Source: the human T2T-CHM13v2.0 reference genome, Homo sapiens
Reading direction: 5' to 3' (one strand)
Assembly: GCF_009914755.1 (NCBI RefSeq)
Contig: NC_060937.1
DNA length: 64,000 bases
Shown here: positions 14,785-28,192 of the stretch, one piece after another
How positions within the stretch are numbered: position 1 is the stretch's first letter
Layout: every line of letters begins with the position of its first letter
Program-made: the position numbers and the translations under genes
Notes under the pieces: model-generated
The model's input: the letters and a program-made list of their open reading frames with translations, nothing else
Database searches by the model: none
What the model was told of the DNA's origin: nothing

Positions 14785-15778
14785 CTATAATAGAAGACAC
14801 ATGCCTCAGAATCATCATTCATAACAGCAAGTCATAATGCTCCCACACAGACAGAAATCTAATCAATGTATGAACGTATATATTAGATCTCAATGCACCA
14901 GCTAGTATTTCTAATAGCTGATATCTTACCTTTTGAAGAGAGTGGAATCACTCACATAAGCTGAAAATTTGAAATTAATTGGGAGTTGAGATAAATGGCA
15001 GTAAATTTGCTAAGGCTTTTTTCTATATAGAATTATTACATTTGTAAAGTAAAAGATAAAAGCAGCATTTTCCTCTTACTATACCTAATACTTCTGCATC
15101 ATTTCTCTCAAAGCGAAAAGAGGATGCTTTGAAGAAAACATGTGCTCCTCCCTAGATTCTGAGAGAATGGCTCAAATTTCAGGTGCTAATATATTTTTCG
15201 CTTGACTTAAAAATTAAGAGCAAGTTATAATTTTTTCCAAATATAAAATTCTAAATAAAAATCATAATTTAATCTCAAATAGGTAACATTATACGTATCT
15301 TAAATTGAAAGAAAAAAGAAATTTTTTCACCAAATTGCCATGGTGTTATAAAGATCAAAGACAGCTGTTAGAAGCGAACCCCCTGCAAGGTTCTAATGCA
15401 TGCAGTTCTGTGCCTGTCAGCGGGGTGAGCGCCACCACGTGGTGCCCTCGTCTAGACCCTCACCCCTAGCTACTAGCCAACACACACCAGCAGAGGCTGC
15501 TCCACGTGCACGTGTGTCAACGAATGTTAGCAGCGTGGCATGCACTCTGATGTGTGCAGAGAGAAGTCTGTTGGAGAGTGGAGTTATGTACTGTCCAGTC
15601 CTCGGAGGCAGAGTTCATGCCTCCCACGTGTGTCCCTCTTGCAGTGCAAAGCAGGGTCACATGCACTGAACAGGCAGGAAAGTACATGACGGGTTACTGA
15701 GCACACACACAAAACCAGACACGGCAAGGGCAATAAGAAATCTTATAAATTAGCTGCTTTCGTCCCTTATTCACTGGG

Positions 15779-16198
15779 TATACTGGGTTGGGTAGTGTCC
15801 CGCCAAAATTCATGGCCTCCCTGAGACCTCAGAATGTGATATTATTTGGAAACAGGCTCTGTTAGGTGTAATTAGTTAAGATGAGGTCATACTGGTGTGT
15901 GGTGGGCCCTAAATTCAACATTACTGGTGTCATAGACATATGGGGAAGGATGCTATGCGACCACGGAGGCAGGAACTGGAGGGATGTGGCTACAAGCCAA
16001 GGAACATCAAGACTGCTGGCAACACAAAGAGCTCAGGGACAGGCATGGAACCAGTTCTCCCCAAGGACATTCGGAGATGTGGCCCTGCTGCCACTGCAAT
16101 CTTGGACTTCTGCCTCCAGAACTGTGAGAGGATACATTTCTGTGTGAAGCCACTCAGTCTGGGTACTTTGTTATGGCAGCCATGTAAAACTAATTCAC
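15779..16198 (+). mobile_element. MLT1 (B/C-like) MaLR LTR
   Basis: cctcagaatgtgatattatttggaaac…ttaagatgaggtcatactgg…cttctgcctccagaactgtgag…ttatggcagcc. Confidence 0.85.
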
Positions 16199-17203
16199 AG
16201 AGGAACAGCTGAAGCTTAGTAAGTTCTTCCTTTCTTTTTTTGAGACCTAGGCCACATATGTCATTAAAGAATCTTAAATTCTTAGAATGATAGAAAAGTT
16301 ACTTCTCTTAGTTATTCCTTTTTATTATGGCCAATGTGTGGTTTACATTAAATTTATAGTCAAAACTGTCATGTTAATGTGTACTTTTTAGCATATTGAG
16401 CTCCTTGAAAAATAAATATGTAAAAATAGTTAAAATTTTCAGACTTAGAGTATGTTTATTAATTCAAACAGTTATAAAAGTTTAAAAGTCAAAACTTGCT
16501 TGCTATTGTAATAATGTTGATCATAGCTAAACATCTCAGGCACAGACACTGAATGAGTTCTCCTAGGCGCACAGACTGCCTTACAGCCAATTGTTTTCTT
16601 CAATTCCCCATTTTACAGATGATGTCATTGAGCAATAGAGGGGTTAAAAAACTGGCTCAATGTCACAGAGTTAGTTAATATTGGATCTTGGATTCAAAGT
16701 CCAATATTACTTGTACTGGAGCCCACACACCCAACTCCCAGCCATGCAGTCTACATATTGAAACACGTCAGCTCTGCATAGAAGGGAATGCTGGAATACC
16801 TACTGCATCCACAAAAGGAAATGGACTACCCTACAGAGGAGAAAGCAACACCTGTCATTACCTTAAATAACAGGAGGAATTCATTTGATCATAAAATAGC
16901 TGAATTTTAGAACTACAGAGGAATTTTGATGTGTATTTTAATTAGCAGGAGACTGTATGAATAGGTTTAAGAGCTTAAACAATGCTCTTTGTTGACAAAA
17001 ATAACCCCTTACAATTTGTTTTAAATTATTAAAATGCTCAGCTAACTATGAAGTCACCCTAAGCTTCATACTGTTTAAAGTTTTGCATACTTTTAATTGG
17101 TTTTTGATTAATGGAATAACTTTTCTCAAAACTGGCTTTTTAAGTGAATGGGGCCTCACTGGTTTTTTCAAAAACCCATTCAAGCGGCTGGCAGGGCTAC
17201 TAC

Positions 17204-17419
17204 CTCTGAGAGATCGCCATTTTTGACATGGATCCTGGCCATGCTGTCGAGCCACGTCTTCCTGAGCTCGGGCGTGCTGGCATAGGATTTGGCCAGGCTG
17301 TACTGGAGGTCCACCAGCATCTCTGGGTCGTTCTCATGCTCCTTCATCTGGGCGGTGGCCATTAGCACCGTGCGTATCCTTTTGGTTAAGTCCTTCACAT
17401 CAGAGGAGAAGCTGGTGTG
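17204..17419 (-). CDS. DOCK9: DOCK9 exon [72 protein letters not shown] (start of DHR-2)
   Basis: ttgttttag|CAC…GAG|gtagta; 216 nt; phase 0-0; overlaps ORF 17180-17398. Confidence 0.98.
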
Positions 17420-17539
17420 CTAAAACAAGGGTGGAAGAGGAAAGGACACATGGCTTCCTCTGTTTGCTGCCTGTCCACAAGCACCTCAGGTGCTGATGCA
17501 GAGTCTCAGGGTGAAACTAACATGGGCCAGGCTACCCAC

Positions 17540-17653
17540 CTTAATAAGCCGGTCACTGTTGGCACAGTTGTTGATGATGGACAGGGACTGCTGGAATCTG
17601 GTTCCCCCAATGCCAACAACGTCTGCTATCAGCTGGCTGACAGATATGATGAC
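17540..17653 (-). CDS. DOCK9: DOCK9 exon [38 protein letters not shown]
   Basis: tccctaag|GTC…AAG|gtgggt; 114 nt. Confidence 0.97.
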
Positions 17654-18179
17654 CTTAGGGACACACAAACATGAGCAAATCAATTTACCTTCAAATGACT
17701 GCCCAGGCTGGGCTTCTGCGTTCAGTTAGGATGTGCCTAAGGACCCAGCAAAGTGGGGGTTGGGGGGTGCTTTGAGCAGGGGTCGCTCCGTGTAGGAAAC
17801 AATGTCTGAGGTATTTTCTTCCCCTTTAAGAATAATTACAGAAAGTGATTCTGCTATCCTTAAAAAACACTGTTTGCAAAGCAAAATGCTGATCAGGAGA
17901 GCAAAGGGAGAAAGAAAATGAGATAAGCCCATCCACTTGGATAGTTACTTACCTATTACCTTCTCTAACCAAGAGGGAGACATGATTTATTTCTCAGTTT
18001 TCAGTTTGAACTTAAATGTATTAAATATGCTATGGGTAGACTGTCCTTTGCAATACTTTATCAGAACATGGATAGATTAACTATGCCACAGGGGGCTCTG
18101 TCTTTTTTTGGCTCAATGAATAGCACTGCCTTTACCCAGTTGCTTGAGCTAAAGCATGGAGGCCATCTTTATTTTCCTT

Positions 18180-18730
18180 TTCCTTCACCACACCCAGTTA
18201 CAATCAGTCACCAAATGTTGTCAACTCAATCTCCTCTTCCTTCTTACCTCACCATCCCTGGTCTAGGATACCATCCTCTCTGACCTAGCTTTGACAATGG
18301 TCTCCCTAGCTGAGGTCTAGACTACCCTTGACCCATCATCAACACAGGAGTCCAGAAGATCTGTCCAAATATGCAATGATTTGGATATGCCACCATGGGT
18401 CCTCCTCAACTCCTTCTCACCCATATTCTAAACTCCGCAGTAAGGAACATCTCTAGTTCCCCAGATGGGTGCTTCCCCGTAGTTCACTGTGGCCTGGAAC
18501 ATGCTCACTGATCTTCAACCATGAGCCCCTATGCATCCTTCACATCCTCTAGGTGCCCCTCCTGATACACTCAAGTTCCTCTACAATAACAGTGGTCACA
18601 CTTGTACTCTCAGAGTTCCAGAGCTTGTCTGTGACCTCCATTAGACTACACTCCATGAGGGCTGGGAGAGGGTTGTTTTGTTCATGGTTGTATCCACGAA
18701 TCCTATGTGGACAATAAATATTGTTTTTTA
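18180..18730. mobile_element. Degenerate L2 fragment
   Basis: L2 3'-end-like ctccattagactacactccatgagggc…ttgttcatggttgtatcc…aataaatattgtt. Confidence 0.6.
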
Positions 18731-19244
18731 AAAAAAGGGTTAAATACAGAGATGGAAAAGGGACACCTACCATGTGTTTGTAGAAAAAGAGAGTTTACAA
18801 AAATACACAAGTTTGGTCATTATCTTGGCTGGCTCTCAGAGCAGAGAATTTAGGATGCTTTAATTCTGCAGAGATAGCAGATGTGTCAGCAGATAGAGGA
18901 CAGAAAAGAACCACTTAGGTTGGGCTTCTTGTTCCTTACCTAAAATGTTTACTATTAAGCATCCTCACATAGGTTCTAACACTTCTTGATTCAATGGAAT
19001 TTTAGTCAGTCCAATATTGATTCAATATTTAAATGTCAATTTACCAACAGAAACGCATCTCAGGCCCATATCTTATAGTAATGGAACATGAAATAAACCA
19101 AGCCAGCAAACGTGGCTTCCCAGTTTTCCAGATCTTGCAGTATCTTTATGACAAGGTAAATTGGTTAATGTGATACTCAAAGTTTTCCTGATACAGCAGG
19201 ATTCTACAGAGTAAATCTGTATTGGAAAGCTAAACCACACGCAC

Positions 19245-19427
19245 TTGCAAATGTGTCCGGACAAAGGACTTCTTTCCAGTGTAATCAAAGTTGTTCCTCA
19301 TCAGGAAGTAGAGCAGCTGGGAGGCCTCCGTCCTGATGGAGCTCAGCTTGGAGTTACAGCACTTGAGAATCTCGTAACACAGAGCCGCACACATGTCCGC
19401 TCTCCCTTCATAGAATGTTGAGGGAAA
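19245..19427 (-). CDS. DOCK9: DOCK9 exon [61 protein letters not shown]
   Basis: cctgtctag|TTT…CAA|gtgcgt; 183 nt. Confidence 0.97.
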
Positions 19428-19545
19428 CTAGACAGGATGAGAGGAAGCAGCAGATAAACCACAGACAGGTCAGTGCTCGGTAATGTACCCTTCAATTCCG
19501 GGGGAAGAAGGAAAACATCTAACCACTGCCCATGAAGCAACTTAC

Positions 19546-19683
19546 CTTATAAATTAAGGACCTTAAGGCAGTGAAGACATTTTTTAAAGCCGTTTCAGAC
19601 TGATGTTTTTGAAGAAAACACAGGTAGACATCAAAAACTTTTTTCATGAGAGGATTATGTCCATGGTCGGCCAGGAGCTGGTT
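19546..19683 (-). CDS. DOCK9: DOCK9 exon [46 protein letters not shown]
   Basis: gtgttttaag|AAC…AAG|gtaagt; 138 nt; lies within ORF 19519-19725. Confidence 0.97.
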
Positions 19684-19979
19684 CTTAAAACACACATTGA
19701 CGGCTTTGTTAGACATACCAGTCACCTCTAGTAGGTTTCACACAATTTCAGGCTCAAGAATTACATTTTCTAAGTATTAAGACAACTTATACTTTAAACA
19801 AACTCTGCCTTGAATCCTCTAGGAAAGTACAGAATTCTTTTGTAGAACAAGCAAATCTATCAATACATTTATGTTTTGGGGATGAACCTCCCAGCAAACT
19901 AACAGAGTTGAAAGGAACACTTGCTTAGTACTGACTGGGCTTCTATTTATTAATATGTACTCATTTTTACTGTCTACCA

Positions 19980-22530
19980 GCAGCTGATACAGAGGTGCCA
20001 TTTGTGACATCTTAATTCCAACAGAGAAGTGCCATCACAGGTATGCGATAATTATAGATGGGAAAAAGTACTCAAGTAAGGTATATGAAACAGGTCTTCG
20101 AAAAGGGAAAAGTGATCTCCCCAGGCCTCTAAGGCACTCTGCTAAGCTATGAATAATCAGAGAGTTTGGTAAGGTGGAAAGTGTACAGGCTTTGGTCAGG
20201 TACCACTTATCATAGGCATGAATTTGCACAGGTAAACTGAGTCTCAGCATCCTCATCTGTAAAATGATGACCCTAAAACTGACCTTGAACAGCGACTGTG
20301 AAGACATGAGATCAAGTGTAGAAACCATCTGACGCATACTTTGGTCTAGCTCAGTAGGTGGCATCTAGTAGGGTTTTGACATTCGTGGATTTTACTTATC
20401 AAAGAAAACAAGAAGACTACAATTTGCTTCTAGTCATTCAAGATTTCCTCATGTCAGTAGAAAATTCACACAAATTAAACACTTTGGAAGCCTGGTTGGC
20501 TACAACTCCCATCAACTGTAGAATATACACAGCAGCTAGAGGTGTGGCCCAGCAAGCAGCCAGGATGAACTTCGTGTCTAATGTGCACAACACTAAATGA
20601 CACACCACCACCTTCCAATACAGACAAGCTGTCTGAACAAAGCTCTGTTGGGGAACGATAGGTGTGTGCATTCTGCACAAGTAGGCAGATTTGACATTAA
20701 TAAAAAAAAATGTCAAGAGGCCAGTATCTCAAACCAATCTTACAATTTGGCCAACGGAACAGGGGTAACTTATGTCCATATAATTTTGCTACATAGCAAA
20801 TTATGGTTGCGGTCATAGTTTCAGAGCAAGATCTACCTTGTCTTGTTGTTGGAGGGAAATTTTTCCTCAAGGAGTAAGTTTTTGTTTTTTTTTAGGTCCA
20901 GTGAATTGTGAATCTATCACAGCTGGCAGAACACCTGGAATTCACAGTGATCTTTCTATCATGAAATACTAAGGTACCATATTGAATTCCGTCATGTGAA
21001 AGGGGAGCAATTTAATGAGCAGAAAGTGGGACTAATTAAATGAATATGATCTAATTCTCAACCATGAGAATTAGTTCTCAACCATGATCTAATTCTCAAC
21101 CAAAAAAAAAAAAAAAATGATTTCCAGTGTTTGGGGAACTGCTTACAAGTTTTATCTATGAATGCCATTTTCTCAGGAGCTGTAGTTTGAAAGCCTTGCT
21201 TTCCTCCAATGAATTTACATTCCTAATTATGACTGGATTAAGGTTTGGGTGAATCTGGAGGTGAGCTTTCATTTCTTAGCACTCTTTGCTGAGGCTATCC
21301 AGGAGATACGGTTTCTACAAAAATTCCCAAGCTTCCAAGTTCTGCTGTCTGAACTGGCCCATGTTTCTAATGTTTCTCCACCTTTCCCATGTTTCTCTAC
21401 TTCAGTTCAATTTCTCCTCCTTTTCCTCTCTATGGTCATGGCCTTTACTTCTCATTTTCAGGATTCAGTCCTCTTCAGCCCTGATCTCAAAACTTGTTTG
21501 CAAGAATGGAGTTAAAGCTCATTTACATTATGTATCCCATAACCTGTTGTAAACCTCAAATATATACAATAAAATTTATTTTTAAAAAGACGTAAATAAC
21601 CTCCACTTAAACAGGTAAAGGACCTTTTGTCCCAGACACACCCCGGTTTCCTAACTACTTGCTTTTATTTTCCAATCACTTTTCTTCCCTCTTTTTCTGT
21701 GTCTCCCTGCTGCCTTCTCATCACATAGAAGGTAACATACACTAAATACAAACACATCTTTGAACATTCAGAAAGCCTCACAGGGGACAAAAAGAGCAAA
21801 ACACAAATCACCCTTAACTGTTCCACTCAGAAATATCCACAGATAACAAGGCAGGGTTTCTTATTTCTATCTTTTTATCCCTATAAACTCTTGCTGAAGA
21901 TGGGAAATTTTCACTTAGGAAAGTAAATGACATATTAGAATAATATAAAGGCATGGCTTATTTCTAGCAATACAGTGGAGACTGCTTCTCTAGGAATTCT
22001 CTGTCTTGGATTCAGGTTTGACCATTGTAACATGGTCTCTTATGGTGCTTAATCCAAGAGATGAGCCTTTCAGAAAATGAATGCTCAGTATCAGTAGTTT
22101 CTAAAAGATCCAGGAACACAGAGGAAAACAAATCTCGGGTGTCAAAATGAGGTAACTGGAACGAAGTTAATTTAAGACGGCAAACTCTTCCCAGTCAGAC
22201 AGTTTTATGTACACAATTATTTTAAAATAACGTTAAAAAATCAGTTTGCAGAAGAGCCATTTCTGTTACAGATGCTTGCCAATCACTAAGACGACCTAAG
22301 CCTCATGTGTCTGCCGACCAGGCTCATTGTTGTGCAAAGCAGATCACAAGCTGCCTCGCAAGCCTCCGGTGCCCATGTGCTCCTCCCTGTCTTGGTTCCT
22401 ATTGCTCCTGATTATGTGTTAGTCCTCACTGTGCAGTTCAAATCAAGAAGAGGCACTAAAAATGGAACTGCTAAAAACACATTTCCAGATTAAATCTGTG
22501 AACACATTAAAAATATTATAAACTACTTGA
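19980..22530 (+). ncRNA. Putative spliced antisense lncRNA (position fits DOCK9-AS1 as I recall it)
   Basis: Plus-strand donor CAG|GTATGC (20040/41); U-rich acceptor at 20895; acceptor ttctgttacag at 22271; ATTAAA at 22489 and 22506. Ends are approximate. Confidence 0.45.
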
Positions 22531-22774
22531 AGTCCAGCATTGGTTTGGGATTGTGTTAATAATAGACATTAGAAAAACCAGATTTTTCTGCATGTGACAA
22601 CCTGTTTATAAAACAAACCCTTTTATGTACTAAGTGAGATAACATGTGTGAACATGTCCAGATTTGTATATATCTGATACCTGCTAAGTGTTTGGTAATT
22701 TTCTTCTTCTGTCTGTATAAGAGATCATTCAAATACCTTGATCTTTACTCAACTCACTTCATCTTTCTCTCTCA

Positions 22775-22808
22775 TACACACACACACACACAAACACACT
22801 CACACACA
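22775..22808. repeat. (CA)n microsatellite followed by a MIR (about 22820-23000)
   Basis: cacacacacacacacaaacacactcacacaca; then ttcctcatctgtaaaatgtgggataat. Confidence 0.8.
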
Positions 22809-23628
22809 TCTGTCTTAGTGGTGAACAAGACCTTTGGACAGGTCAGTTGTGTAGTGATCTTGGGCAAATTTCCTAATTTCTCCCAGCCACGACTTCCTCA
22901 TCTGTAAAATGTGGGATAATTCGATCTACCAGGCAGAGCTGTTGTGAAGATTAATGCCTGAGGCACAGAAGGCACTCAATACATAGCAGGAAGCTCATGT
23001 AATAATAATACCAGAATTCTGAGCTTAAACCTTTCAAACATTTTATCTTATTAGGAGATTGATTTCTGGATTGTCTTTGGCAATTTATTAGATGTGGCCA
23101 ATTAAGAGAGTCAGTAACCACAGAGCTACACCTGCTAAAGATGACTTTCTTGAATTATATCAGCTCACTCACTGTTATATCTCTTCTGATATGGTCCAAC
23201 TGATGCCTGAGTAAATATTTGCAAAGAAAGATCCCAGTGGCTGCGGTGCCAATGGACCTCTCGTATCTGTGAGTCTAAGCCAGGGAAGCCTGTCTTACCA
23301 CATGGCCCAGCATCCAGTAATGCCAGAGAGTGCACCATACATTCGCCCACCTCCCAGCTGGGGGGAGGTGAGCTTTAAACAGGAAACATTTTTTGCATGC
23401 AGGCATATAAACCTGCACAGAGATCACCTTAGCTCTAGAAGCTCAATCTTCCTTGGGTGTCTCAGGGATCAGGCCCTTTGCCACAGGACCAGTGAGGAGC
23501 AAACACAGGTAACAGTGCTACTGTCAACCTGGAATTCACATCTGAACTCCTACTACCTTCCCATTCTGAGACTGGAGGCCAGATATTTAGAGATCCAGGA
23601 ATAGTGACAAATACTCTTCTTTACAACT

Positions 23629-23929
<301 letters not shown>

Positions 23930-24299
23930 CCTCTTCTTTACTATTAAGCAAGCAACTTGAAGGGGGCTGAATTAGAACTGCAGGCTGTTCAGTTGTTCAG
24001 TAAGGAAACCGTCACTGTTCTCACAGGTGCCACTCAGACTGCACTTGTGCCCCGTGTGCCTGTAGCTCACCCCATGATACTGCTCTGCAGCTCCAGAATT
24101 TTCTGCTTATTTACCTGGTGGGGCACAGGCGGAGAGGGGAAGAAGGTGTTGCTGCTGCTGTTCTGAACTTAATGATTCATGTTTGAGACTGATACAGGTG
24201 TGCATGGCCAGATATTCACTTTTAAAACCTTCCTTGCCTATTTACTAAGAATTTTTAACTAAAAATACCCAAAAGAAAAGAGAGGCTCCGAAGCTTCTT

Positions 24300-24455
24300 T
24301 CACGTTTCTAGTAGAGGCACTGTGATGTTCAGGTCTCACACCCAGAGTTTCTGATCCAGTGGGTCTGGGGAGTGGCCCAAGGATTTCCATTTCTCACATG
24401 CTCCCAGGGCTGCAGTGGCTGCTGGCCCGGATACCACACTCTGAGAGCCCCTGTA
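24300..24455. mobile_element. MER5A-like relic
   Basis: cccagagtttctgatccagtgggtctggggagtggcccaaggatttccatttctcaca…accacactctgagagcccctg. Confidence 0.7.
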
Positions 24456-25386
24456 GTAGAGGCTCCAGGTAATGAGGCGCTTCTACCCCGAGCTCATTTT
24501 CTTTAAGCTCTCATTTCCCAGTCTCTCAACTGGGCTCCTAGTAATGAGTTTCATGGGGACAAGAGAGGGGTGGCGGCTAAGGAGAGTAAAGGTATATAAT
24601 AATAAAGGGACACGATGTCAGGAAAACTCTCATTATTCTCCTAATAAAGGAATGTGCTTTATGAGTAGTGGAGACAAGTAAAGCAGAGAATGACTTGGGT
24701 CCTATTTCCCAAACACCCTTGCAAATAAGCAAACTGTTCCAATATTTATGGCATATAAACACTCATTCAATTTCTCCTTTCTATGCTAGAAATGGAAGTA
24801 ATCATTTAGCAAGAATGAGAAGTATTGGGTTCCTAAAAACAGGAGAGTGGCTGAAGAGTCCATCTCCACCTACTTGAATATTATTTGCTAAAACTTAAAA
24901 ACAAGACAAAAAAAAAACCCCTTTCATTTTCTATCTCCAAAACGTTTTTATCATTTAATGCAGTAACAGATAAAAAACTGAAAACATGTGTCTGTGTTTA
25001 TTGCTCCTTTCTACATAAAAATCTAATTAAACGCTATAACATTTGGATATATTTAAAGATATTCAAGGCAGAAATGCCTGATTAGGTGCCTATATTCACC
25101 ATCCTCAAGGTTCGAGCCAAGAGTTAACTGCCTCCAGAGACCGTGTTTCCACCATACCCAAGCGCGCAGCACACACTGACCAGTTAAATTTTATTTCAGG
25201 GCATTCAAGCCATTCACTGTGGAATGATTTCATTAAAGGAATTTAAAGATTAATGGTTTCCTTACAGGGACAAAAATAATTGCTGAAGTAAAAATGCAAC
25301 ATAGTAAGTTTGTGCTCACTGAGCTTACCAAGCAGAATGAATGTGAAAGGTAAAACTAGAACCACGAACAGCAAATTGATACAAAC

Positions 25387-25502
25387 CTTAAACGCCAATG
25401 TAAATAGAGAAAGCGTGTCCAGAGCTGTCAGGCAAACCTCAGTAGCAATGTTGGCTTCAAGTAATGACTGGTGCAGAACATCTGCGTCCGAGTGGCCATA
25501 GC
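25387..25502 (-). CDS. DOCK9: DOCK9 exon (S/G)[38 protein letters not shown]
   Basis: tcatgcag|GC…AAG|gtttgt; 116 nt; phase 1 to 0. Confidence 0.97.
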
Positions 25503-25739
25503 CTGCATGAATTACAACACAAGATTACTGCCCAGTGGTTCAGAAGGCAAGGCTGGCAGGATGCGGTAGGCACAGTCAACTTTTGATTATTCAGAAGGCC
25601 CACTTTGGGACCTTGTCTCTGTGTTTGCCTTTTTTTTGGGGTGGGGGGCGGGGTGGGAGGGGGAAGGAAGGGAGAAAGTAGTAATAATGTTTCAATACAA
25701 TTATAACTTTTTTCCCACTCTGAAAGGGCAATAACCACA

Positions 25740-26262
25740 GCAAACATTTATTATGCACTTGCTGTGTACCAGCCACGATTCTATGAACTTTACACATATT
25801 CTCTCATTTAATCCCTCAACAGCCCTGTGAAGTATGAAGATTGTTGAACCCTTGGTGGAGATAAGGAAATGAAGGCACAGAAAGGCTAAACTTGTCTAAA
25901 GTCATACAGGTAGTAAACAGTGGAGACAGGACTTGGACCAAGACAGGCATTGATCGATTCTGCTATCCAGCAGGAGTGCTGGCAGAGGCTAAGATTTCCA
26001 AAGCTTCCCATGTAGACGGAGGCAGCAGCACAACGCAGGTTAAGAAAATGAGCCTGAGATCAGGCTGCTGGTCACTGAGTCCCACTCTGCCACTCACCAG
26101 CTGTGTGGCCTTGGCAAGTTATTTGGCCCCTTTATAACCTCAGCTGCCTCATCTGTAGAATGGGGATAATACAGTATCTACCTCAAAGGGTTGTGGTGAG
26201 GATTAAATTTGTTAATATTTGTGAAGCTCTTGGAACAGTGCCTGGCACACATTGAGCGCTAT
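25740..26262. mobile_element. Two MIR elements in opposite orientation (about 25740-25940 and 26020-26262)
   Basis: MIR core motifs: aggaaatgaaggcacagaaaggctaaacttgtctaaagtcatacag; cctcatctgtagaatggggataatacagtatctacctc. Confidence 0.75.
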
Positions 26263-28192
26263 GGAGGTGTTAAGTCAATAACTTCAGGAGCTATGTTATC
26301 AGCAAGCTCGTGAATGATAATCAAGAGTTGACTGCGCTGTGCATAGTATTCTACTTGCTTTAAGAAAAAGCATAAAAGCCAACATGTCTGAAAGAAATGT
26401 TTAGAAAAAGAAAAGGACTTGAAGAATCTGTCATTTAAACTTAGCTTAGTCACACCTAATTTAAATACAAACGGATATCTTCTATATGTGGCAAAATCAG
26501 TTTAGTACTGATATAAATGCAATTTGACATACAAGTTGAGATTAAATTATGAAATGGTATGCATTAGCAGAAATACATATAGGGATGCAAAGATGTTACA
26601 GTATTGATCTAGATTACAAAGAAAGATGGCAATATAATAAAACACCATGTAATGTCTTTCTCCAAGGAGCAAAATTAAAGCGACGCCTCATTACTTAAGT
26701 AATTTTCCTAATACTCCAGAGAGGAGGACATTTTGTACATAGATCAAGAAAATGAAGTACAGAAAACCTAGGGAATGTTCTTGAGACCAGTAATGGGAAA
26801 AAAACAGAATCTACACTCCAAATTCCTTATCCAGGTCACTGTATCATAGTACATATTATTGGGAGAAAATCAAGTAACTAGCATGACATCATTCTGACTC
26901 AAATGTCAGAATTATAGAGTGGTTTTTAAAAGGCTACAGAAGAGCTTTAAAAGCTACAGAAGTGCTTTTTAAAATATGATAGAAATGCTGTTGTGTGCTT
27001 TTATCCAATGCTGCTTTGCTTTTACAAAGGTGGTGCTGAGATCCTGTTGTGGATCACATCACTTCCACTCTGCAGCACAGCCAACGTCTCTCCAAATTTA
27101 GTGAGGATCTGTAACACATCTCGCACCATGCTAGTTCTATTTCATTTTTTGCTTTTGGGGTACGAAATCTCCCAGAGAAAATAAAGGTGGATATGTTGGG
27201 GTACTAATGTTACTTGTACTGCCATGATGGTAATCCAAGGCATGACTTTATTCAGCGAGGTTGTTTGGTAAGATACAGAGACAATGAAAGAGGAAAACAA
27301 ACAGGTCGATGATGACTGTTAAAGTGATCACATACTGTGGTAAGAGGGCACACACAAGAAATACAACACCTGTTATCAGACCAACCAAAATGATCATACA
27401 GGTCCAAGGGATCCTTTCCTGAGGGCTGCCATTTGCCCCGAATGAGTTTTTGTCTGGGTTCAATTTTAACAAGGAACTGGCTTTATTTTAATTCCTTTCT
27501 CTGCAAAGAACTGTCCTTTTCTTGGTCTAGATCACCAACAGGTGAAGTGCATCTAGGTGATGATTACCAATGAGATGGCCTGAAGAACTCCCATAGAATT
27601 TAACTACTCCTGGCTGAAAGCCTGCAACAATTAAAAATTAGAATTTGGCCATGTGCTGTTTTAAAACATACCATCAATGGACTATGCTAATTAAGTTATT
27701 ATATAATTATGTATACACATATGGAAACATGGTACTGGGAAATGTTATTACACCATCTACTCTCCTTTAGAGTCAGATTCATACAGACATCGGTACGCTT
27801 GCCTGAGTCATACAGGAATCTAAAAGAAATGGTCCTTTTAGCCACATATTGTTATGCTTTGCTTTTCCTCCAACTGTTTCATCTAAAAAATCAGCAGGAT
27901 TCCTGAGCTAGAGCTATTTTTTTAAATCCCTAAAAATAATTGGCAGCATAGAGAGGCTGAACCAGTCACAGAGACTGAGACTGTCTCAAGGCCTGGAACA
28001 GAGCTGTGCAGGAGGAGGACTTGAATCAACAATCACCATGGTATAGACCAACACAGGAAAATGAAGCTGAGCTAGTAAATCCAAGAAGAGGCAGAGAAAT
28101 TATTTAAACTAAGGGTTGGCAATGTTTTGAAAGCTGATTAAGCAGCTTTTGACCCGGGCAAGTAAGGAGTGCGGTGTGAAGCACACTGATTT

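Noticed and set aside
26259-26365. Protein-like stretch EYYAQRSQLLIIIHELADNIAPE on the minus strand
   Set aside because: No usable donor, and it runs into a stop at a MIR boundary.
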